From positions 1-44,067 of the IMG/VR virus record IMGVR_UViG_3300037634_003240: a stretch of DNA of 44,067 nucleotides; one strand, given 5' to 3'. A program made the translations under genes and the position numbers. The notes under the pieces are model-generated. The model had not been told where the DNA came from. It made no database searches and was given only the letters and a program-made list of their open reading frames with translations. The DNA is from a virus (Duplodnaviria; Caudoviricetes). Shown here piece after piece: positions 30,758-39,234 of the stretch; within the stretch, counting starts at the first letter, position 1, and every line of letters begins with the position of its first letter.

Positions 30758-30785
30758 AAATGGGGGCTCCGAAGAACCCCCATTT
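30758..30785 (-). terminator. Stable cUUCGg hairpin downstream of the tube gene
   Basis: mRNA AAAUGGGGGUUC-UUCG-GAGCCCCCAUUU. U-tract is short. Confidence 0.7.
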
Positions 30786-30788
30786 GGT

Positions 30789-31466
30789 TTAAGTTGTTGG
30801 TACGTTCTGTGCCGTATTAGTTCCTCTAGCATTCTCCAATGTCTTCCAGTCGATGATGGATCTTGCAACGAATGTCATCTGACTTTCAATTACAATGTCA
30901 TCAACTGAAACACCTGAACCTTGGTTCAAGAGTTCTACTCCCAGGATCTGCATGAACATTCTAGTTCCAAGTTCATTTTCTCCTGACAGTACAATGTCGA
31001 ATGGGGGCATCTGATCAACGTAGTTAACATTTCTTAAGTCCTTGTGGAACAATGTACCTTGCGGTCCAATCTGTCCACCAGCAGCTTCCAACAATCCTGC
31101 TGCATCCTCTCTTGCTATATCACTGCCTCTTGATGCAGAGAATTCTCCAGGAGAAGCAACATCTGTGAATTTAGCAAAGTACTTGGCATGTCTAGGTTGA
31201 TTCTTATCCGTTAGATTGCTTAGAGCAGATCTATCGAAAATCGTAAAGACAAGAGAGCCTGCGATACCTCTCTTACCTCTTGAGTATCCTCGTGGATCAA
31301 CAGATCCCATCGTATAGATAGGAGCCTTCTCACGAGTCACTGAGTACGATATACCCATTAAGTTACCAATAGGGCGACCATCTAATACAGCTTGTATATC
31401 AGTTCCAGCGAAACTAGTATACGTAGATGTATAAGTGTTATCGAGTAAATCGGTGGCTTGCGCCAT
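30789..31466 (-). CDS. Major tail tube protein
   Basis: Directly after the sheath. FAGTDI...ISYSVTREKAPIYTMG...RGKRGIAGSLVF...DQMPPFDI. Strong SD. Confidence 0.85.
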   Translation of the reverse strand: MAQATDLLDNTYTSTYTSFAGTDIQAVLDGRPIGNLMGISYSVTREKAPIYTMGSVDPRGYSRGKRGIAGSLVFTIFDRSALSNLTDKNQPRHAKYFAKFTDVASPGEFSASRGSDIAREDAAGLLEAAGGQIGPQGTLFHKDLRNVNYVDQMPPFDIVLSGENELGTRMFMQILGVELLNQGSGVSVDDIVIESQMTFVARSIIDWKTLENARGTNTAQNVPTT

Positions 31467-31485
31467 TGATAGTCACCTTCCTTGG

Positions 31486-31516
31486 AAAAGGGGTAGGTAG
31501 TTAGCCTACCCCTTTT
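31486..31516 (-). terminator. Hairpin between sheath and tube genes
   Basis: Perfect 12-bp inverted repeat AAAAGGGGTAGG-N7-CCTACCCCTTTT. Confidence 0.65.
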
Positions 31517-31518
31517 AT

Positions 31519-34311
31519 TTAAATTGTGTCTTGGATGTGTACGGTTGCACGAATTTCAGAAATCTCTCCAACTAGTACTAGAGAAAGATCTATATCAAGA
31601 AGACCCTGTGCACGCATCTGTGGAGTAGTTATGATGCTGAAGTCATAACCTAGAAGCGTTACTCCGATCATCTGTTTCAAGCCAGAGTTGATAGCTGTTT
31701 GCATAGCGACCTGTGCAGCGTTCGTGTTTGCACTACCGATAAACGGAGTGGCTGCAGCACGTACTATGTTCATAACTGTTCGCACAACTCTTGTTGCCCA
31801 TTCGTTCTCATACTTAGAACCTACAGCAGCAGTGGTTATACCCTTGACGATAACGTACTCGTTAGGATTACCAATACTTGGTTTCGCAACAACTAATCTT
31901 CCACCTATCATGTCCAGAAGTTGTCTTCTTGACAATGGGAACCTCAAGAGGCTCGTACTTCTAAGTGGTTGATTTGTAGCTGCTCTTGTTATGTCCAAGC
32001 TAGCCAATAGACCAGCGTAGATTGCTTGACCGTTTGCAGCATACGTAATTCCCTCGAACTTGTTACCGATAATTGGTTCAAATGCTACAACAGATATCAG
32101 TCTTTCGTCGAAGTCCCCTATGATGTTAGCTGATCTGGTAAGATCTCCAGGGAGTTGCAATGTAAGTTCCTCAACCCAAGCATTGATTATCTTCGGATCA
32201 GTTGAAGTAGGTGAATCTACACCCATGATGACCTGAGTCTCATCAACATTTTGTGTCAAGTTATTGACCAGAGTTTTCAGTATTCCATGATAGTCTGCTG
32301 AAACTTCTTGATCAAGTCCGGTACGCTCGTTCGGTATTGTCTTCTTGGTATTAATGTTAACTCCCATTGGTACAATAAAGTCCACAGCGTAGTTCTCTAT
32401 AGCTTCTGTTGTATCCTCAAGCTGAGTATACAGTGCAGATGCTGATAGTTCATTTCCATTTGAACCTCCACCCAATGACTTGAATGAGGTCAGGTTTGGA
32501 AATTCTGGGAGATAAGTGTAATCCACACCAATGATGGTGTCTAGATTATCTACCAGACCTGAAGGATCTGCAGGACCAGGTTGGTTACCCGCATCCAGGA
32601 ATCTAATTGTAGAATATGTATCCGAACTTGTAGGCGTTCCAACTCTTCCTACAGGATCTGAAATTATATCTACCTGTGATCCAATTTCATAATCAGTTAT
32701 CTTTCTGTAACGAACTTCTACATCAGAAGGTAATGTTCCACCAAACGTAATGTTCTGTCCACTAATAAAGTATCTTCTCCACTTATCCCAGGCTGCCGAT
32801 GTTGCAGTAGCTGTTGCTAGTGTTGATGATTCTGAAATTGTGTGAGGAATACTCTTATATGTTACAAAGAGATCCACACCTGCTGGAGGAGCTGTAGTAA
32901 ATGCAACGTTTCCTCTTGGTGTTCCGAATTCTGTGACAGTTGCTGCTGCAGCATCCCATGCAATTGTATATTCCGTACGTGGTCTACCAACAGTATCAGT
33001 GTCATACATTACTTCAAAACTACCTGAAGCGGTAACTGTTGCTCCGTCCCAGTTCTTAAGTCTTGTATCTGTTTCAATAAGATTTCCAATCAACTCTGGG
33101 GTTTCTGTTGCTGTATACCCAGTAGTTGTAGTCGTGATAATTTGTTGTCCTGAAACAACAGCCTTACCTACTAGACTATTAAGAACAGGATTACCATCAT
33201 CTATACATTGAGCTGCATCCCAGTGGAAGGTAGTTGTTGAACCATCACCAGTACCAATATATAGTCCTTCGATAACCTGTCTTACTTCACTTACTGCAGT
33301 TGTACCAGATGGTCCATATGAGAAATCTCCATCCAATACTCCACCAGACGTTACATAATCTTTCAATGCTGTCAGTGAATTGTATCCGGATCTATCTGCC
33401 ATATTCAATGGAGTATTAACGAGAGCTGCAGAACTTCCTCCAGCTACTCGAAGTCTTTCTTTTCCACCATCGGCAATAGAATATACTCTGTTTAATTTCT
33501 GTATGTTATTACCAGATGTTACTCCACCGGAAGGTGCAGCATTATCTAGCCAGTTATTTGCATATATCGAAGATCCACCTGCTCCATCGGGATCATACGC
33601 ATTTGCAAATGGAAGTGTTCTATCTGCAAGAGTAATTGAATGTCTTCCAGTAGAATCTTGATACACACCTGATGCTCTAGGTAAACCGGATGAAGTATCA
33701 TATCTTACTGCCATTTCAAATCTTGCTGTGAGTTCCCTATACTCAGCTACTACTATATCATTCAGGTTAGGGTCGGCATTGATAGCTGTAACAAGATCAG
33801 CTACGTTATGTACGTCTGCTTGCACATTATCTCTATCAGGATCGTAGTCGAACCTTGATGTAATACCAGTCTTCGGATTGTAGATCTCAATGTTTTGTCC
33901 ATCTCTAAAACCTATTGATATGTGGTTATACACATCGCCAGGCTGTCTAGCTGTTAGTAACAAAGCATATGCTTCGGCATCTGCAGATTCTGCAGTTATA
34001 CCAGATCCATCCGTTTCAGATATTTCAAGATTTGCTTTTACTCCACCGTCAAGTCTTAATCCACGCACATCTACTATCGCGGAACCTGCACCGATGAATA
34101 CTTCTTCGATCCCTCTAATAAGTGAGCCACCAGAGTAATTACCCCAGATTGCTTTAGCTTCTTCGACATTTCTAATAGCAACCGGAACATTAGGTGGGCC
34201 ATCTACTGCCGTACCGATAACCAAGACAGAAGGAGCTCCTTGCAACTGCTGACGCGGCTGTGAGAAGTCTGTGTCCTTCCAAATTGAACTTACCCCTGGA
34301 AGATTTGCCAA
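31519..34311 (-). CDS. Tail sheath protein with large insertion domains
   Basis: LPGV...VLVIGTAVDGP.NVP...A..PG..YN.I; LGGGSNG; C-terminal GITTA...VR....PFIG..N...LDIDLSLV..GEI. TTG start with AAGGAGG. Confidence 0.92.
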   Translation of the reverse strand: MANLPGVSSIWKDTDFSQPRQQLQGAPSVLVIGTAVDGPPNVPVAIRNVEEAKAIWGNYSGGSLIRGIEEVFIGAGSAIVDVRGLRLDGGVKANLEISETDGSGITAESADAEAYALLLTARQPGDVYNHISIGFRDGQNIEIYNPKTGITSRFDYDPDRDNVQADVHNVADLVTAINADPNLNDIVVAEYRELTARFEMAVRYDTSSGLPRASGVYQDSTGRHSITLADRTLPFANAYDPDGAGGSSIYANNWLDNAAPSGGVTSGNNIQKLNRVYSIADGGKERLRVAGGSSAALVNTPLNMADRSGYNSLTALKDYVTSGGVLDGDFSYGPSGTTAVSEVRQVIEGLYIGTGDGSTTTFHWDAAQCIDDGNPVLNSLVGKAVVSGQQIITTTTTGYTATETPELIGNLIETDTRLKNWDGATVTASGSFEVMYDTDTVGRPRTEYTIAWDAAAATVTEFGTPRGNVAFTTAPPAGVDLFVTYKSIPHTISESSTLATATATSAAWDKWRRYFISGQNITFGGTLPSDVEVRYRKITDYEIGSQVDIISDPVGRVGTPTSSDTYSTIRFLDAGNQPGPADPSGLVDNLDTIIGVDYTYLPEFPNLTSFKSLGGGSNGNELSASALYTQLEDTTEAIENYAVDFIVPMGVNINTKKTIPNERTGLDQEVSADYHGILKTLVNNLTQNVDETQVIMGVDSPTSTDPKIINAWVEELTLQLPGDLTRSANIIGDFDERLISVVAFEPIIGNKFEGITYAANGQAIYAGLLASLDITRAATNQPLRSTSLLRFPLSRRQLLDMIGGRLVVAKPSIGNPNEYVIVKGITTAAVGSKYENEWATRVVRTVMNIVRAAATPFIGSANTNAAQVAMQTAINSGLKQMIGVTLLGYDFSIITTPQMRAQGLLDIDLSLVLVGEISEIRATVHIQDTI

Positions 34312-34332
34312 GGTTAATCGCCTCCTTGGTAA

Positions 34333-34351
34333 AAGGAATATCTTATTCCTT
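34333..34351 (-). promoter_or_regulatory. Short hairpin in the sheath leader whose 3' arm is complementary to the SD
   Basis: AAGGAATA-AGA-TATTCCTT followed by TTACCAAGGAGG. Confidence 0.45.
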
Positions 34352-34378
34352 GTACGACTATGTTAAGAGGATTTAGCA

Positions 34379-35149
34379 TTAAGTTGTCTCCTTAATCCTT
34401 TCCTTTACACGAGTTGCCCAGTCAGGATAACTATCTTGACTGCGCAGTTCTTCTAATGCAATTCTTATACTTTTGAGTTTCTCTACCAATTCGTAAGTAA
34501 CTTCTTCGCTCATAATATAATACTGCACGGACCTTGCTATGATACCATTCCTGAATTTAAGCAGGAACTCATCTCGTAGTCTTCTTTCAAAGTACCATCT
34601 TGATACACCGTACTTCTTCAGAGTTCCTACATGAAGCGTCATAGTTTTCATAAATTCAGTAACTAGTCTTTCAGCTTCAAAGTTCGTTTTTGCAAAACAA
34701 TCAAACTGTATAATACTTTCAAACCTTTGACCGTATGTTACTATTTCTGTTTCTGGTACTTCTAAACCCAACGCAACTTCTTCGTTGTTGGGAATACTTG
34801 TTTCCCTCAGTCTCGGTGTCAGTTCTTTACGTGCACCGAACTTGTTACCACTTGTTGACCCAGGACTCATTCTAATAACTGACCATGCTATGGTCTTGTC
34901 TGGCATCTGAGGAGCGTCTTCTGTATCTCTAATTAATAGAGAATCAACAAGGTAGTCGGGATATGCTGGTGTAAAAACAATGTCAGAATGTTCCAAATGT
35001 AAAATCTGATATATAAGGATCATTGCATCTTCTATAGTGGCAGGTTTCTCCGATCTCCTCATTAAAGTTGGGTGTTCCCAATCTTCAAAATTACTAGGAT
35101 CGATATCATCTATAGTTGCCGATCTATATTCTTTTGGTGTATCTGCCAT
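34379..35149 (-). CDS. Putative tail terminator/completion protein
   Basis: Immediately upstream of the sheath. ELTPRLRE...GQRFESIIQFDCFAK...A.RL..F...G.....F. Confidence 0.65.
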   Translation of the reverse strand: MADTPKEYRSATIDDIDPSNFEDWEHPTLMRRSEKPATIEDAMILIYQILHLEHSDIVFTPAYPDYLVDSLLIRDTEDAPQMPDKTIAWSVIRMSPGSTSGNKFGARKELTPRLRETSIPNNEEVALGLEVPETEIVTYGQRFESIIQFDCFAKTNFEAERLVTEFMKTMTLHVGTLKKYGVSRWYFERRLRDEFLLKFRNGIIARSVQYYIMSEEVTYELVEKLKSIRIALEELRSQDSYPDWATRVKERIKETT

Positions 35150-35727
35150 TATTGTCTACCTATAACTTCTATTCCACATATACATGCGTAGAATTCAATT
35201 CTTCCACCATCACTTCTGAACGGTTCTACTAGATTTATATTCCATGCTTGTAGATATGGTGGTTCTATTCCTGTGGGTTCATCTACTCCTTCGTATGCTA
35301 TTTCATATATTAAGTCAGACTGTTTAGGAGCTACATTGTGTGCAAGATAAAACTGTCTATATACCACTGGAATATTACCTAAGGGTGTCTCTTGTTCTAC
35401 TTTGAACCTAGACGCTGTTACTGTCAATGCTCTTTTATTAGTTCTTACTAGTTCATCTTCGAACGGATAGGACTGACCTCCCACTCCTTCACCAGTAGGT
35501 TTGTAATAACTTCCCTTCCCGGTTGTTCTATTATAGCTATCTGAATTCTGCGATGTATCGAATCTTCTATATACTACCCAGTAACCGTGACCTTGATTAT
35601 CCTGGTCACCATTTACAAAGCAATCGAATTCATCGCGGAGATCGATTCCTCTATCTCGGGATCCAAATCTATCAACCTTGATTGTATCTTCTGTTTCTTT
35701 TCTAAATAGATCTAATGCCATGATCAA
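35149..35727 (-). CDS. Putative head-closure/neck protein
   Basis: Synteny. DLRDEF...G.WV.YRR...FYL....PK..D.IYE...R.DGGRIEF. Confidence 0.6.
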   Translation of the reverse strand: MIMALDLFRKETEDTIKVDRFGSRDRGIDLRDEFDCFVNGDQDNQGHGYWVVYRRFDTSQNSDSYNRTTGKGSYYKPTGEGVGGQSYPFEDELVRTNKRALTVTASRFKVEQETPLGNIPVVYRQFYLAHNVAPKQSDLIYEIAYEGVDEPTGIEPPYLQAWNINLVEPFRSDGGRIEFYACICGIEVIGRQ

Positions 35728-37088
35728 CTCGGATAGTTATTTACGGTGTACGTATATTCTCCCCAATGTAATCTTACTGGTAATTGCATTCCACCTAACC
35801 ACTTCTCGATAAGTTGTCTTCTACCATTACTATCTCTTATTGAAGCGGGGCCCTCACATATGTAAGTGTCTCCCATATCCAATAATCTTGAGTGTTGTGG
35901 GAATCCATATTTGCCTCTTGTAGCAACCAATGGTTTAACTCTTCTTCCACCAGTTCTAATAAGACCCATTGCTTCTTTTGCGCATGCTTGTAGATGTTCA
36001 ATTGTATCATCAAGTAATGCTTTAACTGATGTTACGTCTGCATCTATAGAAAGATCACCTAAGTGTTTCTCTCCAGCCTTCAATGCCATAGCTGAAAATT
36101 CCTGACGTATTACATCTACTGCTGTCTGACATGTCACGTAGTCAGTTACATAGTAGGGAACCGGACTATAGACTGTGCCACCATTAAATACAGTGATCTG
36201 TCTTGAGTGCTGTAATGCTACTCTACGAATTGTATCGTCAGGAATGTGTTGAACGAAAGGACCAGCAAACAATCTCACAAGTACATCAGTGGTATACATT
36301 GGATAAAACTCGGTCATGAATGACATAGTTTCATCTGCTAGAGTTGGAGCAAAGCCCGAAGCTGTTGCACCAGCTTTCAATGTTACTGTATACTCTGCAT
36401 TGTTTGCAAAGAATGTATCTGTTCTAACTGCACCTGTAGGTAATGCACAATGTATAGCGTTTCCAGATGCGGTAATAAAGTAACCAGAAGGACCACTAAT
36501 ATGATCACCAGTTAAGGTGTATCCAAGTACATCTACTCCCTCTATACCAAAATAGCCCGAAAGGTCAGCAAAGGTACCTGAAGGTGAACCATTTAATACT
36601 ATTTCTAATGATCTTACATTAGTAGTTATTTTCTCGTCGCCATGTTCTATGATGCCACTAGCGTTTGTTAATAGTGTATTCCATAGAGTAGGAGTTCTCG
36701 TTACTGTTGCAGCAGCAGTTCCTGCTGCCCATTCAATTTCTGTCCCTGCTACTAGTTCAGTGTTCGATGTTGTAAAGTGCCAAACAAATGGATCAAGAAG
36801 ATAATTTCCATCGCTATCTTTAATTCCCGGAGTAGGTACTGTTACCCTATATCTTGTTAGGATCTGTAGATTAGACTCTGGAACCCAAACTACTTGAGTC
36901 TGATTACCAGAAGTACTAATAACACCTTCAGGTACATCTAACGATCCATCATCCTCAACAATTGTGAGGGTAAGGGGATTGATAGATGCCTTGTCAATTT
37001 TCTCGTTAAACTCTACAAGTATATTAGAGTTAACAGGAACAAGGTGTCCACTAGGAGAATGATCTATAACATGGAAAGGTGTTGCCAC
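35724..37088 (-). CDS. Head-tail adaptor with two N-terminal Ig-like (Big_5-type) domains
   Basis: SP....VPVNS.I.V.FNE.ID...P...L...TRYRVTV...IKD.DGN.L..F.WHFTT. C-terminal helical part ending K.LGDLSI. GTG start. Confidence 0.65.
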   Translation of the reverse strand: MATPFHVIDHSPSGHLVPVNSNILVEFNEKIDKASINPLTLTIVEDDGSLDVPEGVISTSGNQTQVVWVPESNLQILTRYRVTVPTPGIKDSDGNYLLDPFVWHFTTSNTELVAGTEIEWAAGTAAATVTRTPTLWNTLLTNASGIIEHGDEKITTNVRSLEIVLNGSPSGTFADLSGYFGIEGVDVLGYTLTGDHISGPSGYFITASGNAIHCALPTGAVRTDTFFANNAEYTVTLKAGATASGFAPTLADETMSFMTEFYPMYTTDVLVRLFAGPFVQHIPDDTIRRVALQHSRQITVFNGGTVYSPVPYYVTDYVTCQTAVDVIRQEFSAMALKAGEKHLGDLSIDADVTSVKALLDDTIEHLQACAKEAMGLIRTGGRRVKPLVATRGKYGFPQHSRLLDMGDTYICEGPASIRDSNGRRQLIEKWLGGMQLPVRLHWGEYTYTVNNYPS

Positions 37089-37165
37089 TATTTACGGGAC
37101 CCCTTTTTCTTTTTGATGTCTTTGATGGTTGCTTTACGTATCTTCTGCTTATGTACTGATGCCAT
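37088..37165 (-). CDS. Unannotated 25-aa highly basic peptide MASVHKQKIRKATIKDIKKKKGSRK
   Basis: Exactly fills the intergenic gap, with TAA|ATG at its 5' end and a TAGTG overlap at its 3' end. 11 of 25 residues are K/R. Confidence 0.6.
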   Translation of the reverse strand: MASVHKQKIRKATIKDIKKKKGSRK

Positions 37166-37804
37166 TTATTGCACCGATGTTAGAACTTCGTCAGCCTCGT
37201 TTGTGAAATCTGCATTTACTCCTTTTTCGACACGCGCATGCTTTTCAATTGCATCTATAAGCTTATCTTTTTCTACTGGAGTAAGCTCTCTACCTTCTTT
37301 CTCTGAAATACCAATTACCTCTAATGCTTGCACGATTGCATCTACTACAGCGACCCTAGGCTTCAATGCCTTGTTCTGTCCAGTAGTTTCCAACGCGTAT
37401 AGAACCTTCAATGGAATTTTTGCTACTCGTGGAGTATTAAGGATTTGCTTTACGTAAGCGAGTACTTGCTTTTCAGTAGTTTCTCTTGCGTGCAGGAATT
37501 GATACTGTGGACTATCAGATAGATCGAGTTGATATTCTTCTATCATCATAGGCTCTGGAAGTGACGGATCATATACTTCTATTTGACCTGCACCTATCAG
37601 AGTCTGTAACTTTTGTTTCTGTATATCTTCTAACTTAGTCTTATCGAGTATAGCAGTAGTTTTGTTGACTAGAGCATTTAGTTCCAACCCTATTGCAGGA
37701 TTTAGAAGCATCTGTGCTTTCTTCAAACGTATGTGTACTTGATTTGACTGATCTACTTCTGCTTCTTCTACTTCTACTGTCTTAGTACTAGTACCTCTAG
37801 CCAT
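37166..37804 (-). CDS. Hypothetical protein downstream of the major capsid gene
   Basis: 212-aa ORF with SD GAGG. No recognisable family. Confidence 0.75.
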   Translation of the reverse strand: MARGTSTKTVEVEEAEVDQSNQVHIRLKKAQMLLNPAIGLELNALVNKTTAILDKTKLEDIQKQKLQTLIGAGQIEVYDPSLPEPMMIEEYQLDLSDSPQYQFLHARETTEKQVLAYVKQILNTPRVAKIPLKVLYALETTGQNKALKPRVAVVDAIVQALEVIGISEKEGRELTPVEKDKLIDAIEKHARVEKGVNADFTNEADEVLTSVQ

Positions 37805-37815
37805 ATTGTCCTCAC

Positions 37816-37852
37816 AGTAGCGGGGCTAGCTTTATTGACTAGCCCCACTACT
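37816..37852 (-). terminator. Long hairpin 3' of the major capsid gene (stability element or partial terminator)
   Basis: AGTAGTGGGGCTAG-N9-CTAGCCCCGCTACT. No U-tract on the coding strand. Confidence 0.55.
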
Positions 37853-37858
37853 ATTTGT

Positions 37859-39172
37859 TTATATAAAGTCAGTTGACGCCAATGCTGCCAGCGTAACGGA
37901 GTTAGTGTTATCGAATACGTAGTTTCTGTCAAGAATTACGTTCTTAGCAAGTGCTACGCCCTTGCCTTGCTCGATAGGCATAAATCCGTATCTTTCACGG
38001 AGTTTCAGTCCGTGCATATCTGCGAGTGGTTTGTCGAACTCTTCGATATTCAGTGACTCTCTATTAATCAGAACACCTGTTGCGCTAGCATCTACCATTG
38101 CGATAGCTGTAGAAGGAAGACCTGCTGCTGCAGCGAGGTTTCCGCCAGTAGCATCATAAGCCATCCAAGGTGTAACGATCATTGTCAGAGGTGAAGGAAG
38201 TCCCTTAGGTGGGATGTTATGTGTATTACCCAATGGGTTCAGAGTATTCAAGAATGCGTTAGCACCATTTCTACCCTGTACGTTTGTTGGATCTAGGTTT
38301 TTATTATATTCGCCAGTTGCAGTAGTACGCTGTCCCATTCCGTTGAATTCAGTAGGCCAACCGCCACCTGCTGCACCTGCTGGAATTCTGTTAGAAGAAA
38401 GAACTTCTCCTGACATAACGATTTCTCTGATCTCGGGATCCGTAAGGAACATAGTCCAAGCTAGAGGATGTGTAATCCAGTGTGAAGGAGAGAAGCCGCG
38501 AGTTACCAAGTATGCATAAAGCTGGAATACATCATTCAGCGTCATGCTACCATTCTGGTCACCAGCAACGTTTCTACCAGTGCATGAACCTTCGATTGAT
38601 GTCTGACCTGTGTCGTTATCAAAGACAACGATACCCATCTCATCAAGAAGCTTCAAGCCCTTCAGCTCTTTGTGTCTCGCGAAAGCACGACCTGCTGCTC
38701 TCAACCAAAGACCAATAACATCAAATTGAGTGTCCTCAATCATCTCGTCGGTAAAGTGAATCTGTATACCAACTTTGTCAACATTTGTTGCTATGATAGA
38801 ACCCTCACCCATGTCTGGGAAGGCTTCAGGATATTCGGATCCTTCGGGAATGTCAGCGACAGTCATAGCACCGATGGAACCAATCTGTACTTGTCTACCT
38901 CTGTCAAGTTCCATGCTTTGGAAAATGTTATTTACCACAACCGCAGCAGGTTCAAGAGCTTCGCGTACAATAGTTGTTACAACCGTAGGGATGAATCTAT
39001 TAACTTCACCTGTAGTAAGAGCATCCTTCAAGTTCATTGTTACAAACTTGTCGTTATCCTCGTCATAGGCAACACCATTGTTCACAAAGGCTGAGTGTAG
39101 ATCTTCTATGCGCTGTAGATCCGATGGGTCCATACTGCTCCCATCGGGCAGCTTTAAGTCTCTAATTCTCAA
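37859..39172 (-). CDS. Major capsid protein (HK97 fold inferred)
   Basis: FIP.V...VREA.EP...IPEG.EYPE...KVG....FTDEMIED.QFDVIG.....AGRA.ARHKE...KLRERYG. Synteny after protease. TTG start with AAGGAGG. Confidence 0.92.
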   Translation of the reverse strand: MRIRDLKLPDGSSMDPSDLQRIEDLHSAFVNNGVAYDEDNDKFVTMNLKDALTTGEVNRFIPTVVTTIVREALEPAAVVVNNIFQSMELDRGRQVQIGSIGAMTVADIPEGSEYPEAFPDMGEGSIIATNVDKVGIQIHFTDEMIEDTQFDVIGLWLRAAGRAFARHKELKGLKLLDEMGIVVFDNDTGQTSIEGSCTGRNVAGDQNGSMTLNDVFQLYAYLVTRGFSPSHWITHPLAWTMFLTDPEIREIVMSGEVLSSNRIPAGAAGGGWPTEFNGMGQRTTATGEYNKNLDPTNVQGRNGANAFLNTLNPLGNTHNIPPKGLPSPLTMIVTPWMAYDATGGNLAAAAGLPSTAIAMVDASATGVLINRESLNIEEFDKPLADMHGLKLRERYGFMPIEQGKGVALAKNVILDRNYVFDNTNSVTLAALASTDFI

Positions 39173-39192
39173 GGTTAAACAGCCTCCTTAGT

Positions 39193-39227
39193 CGGATGGT
39201 GCTAGGTTAGTCCCCAGCACCAATCCG
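39193..39227 (-). promoter_or_regulatory. Hairpin just 5' of the capsid RBS
   Basis: CGGAT-T-GGTGCTGGG-GACTAA-CCTAGCACC-ATCCG. No U-tract. Confidence 0.55.
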
Positions 39228-39234
39228 TGTTTAT

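Noticed and set aside
30749-30792. Plus-strand AGGAGG plus ATG mini-ORF (MGAPKNPHLV)
   Set aside because: It coincides with the hairpin sequence and has no support for antisense expression.
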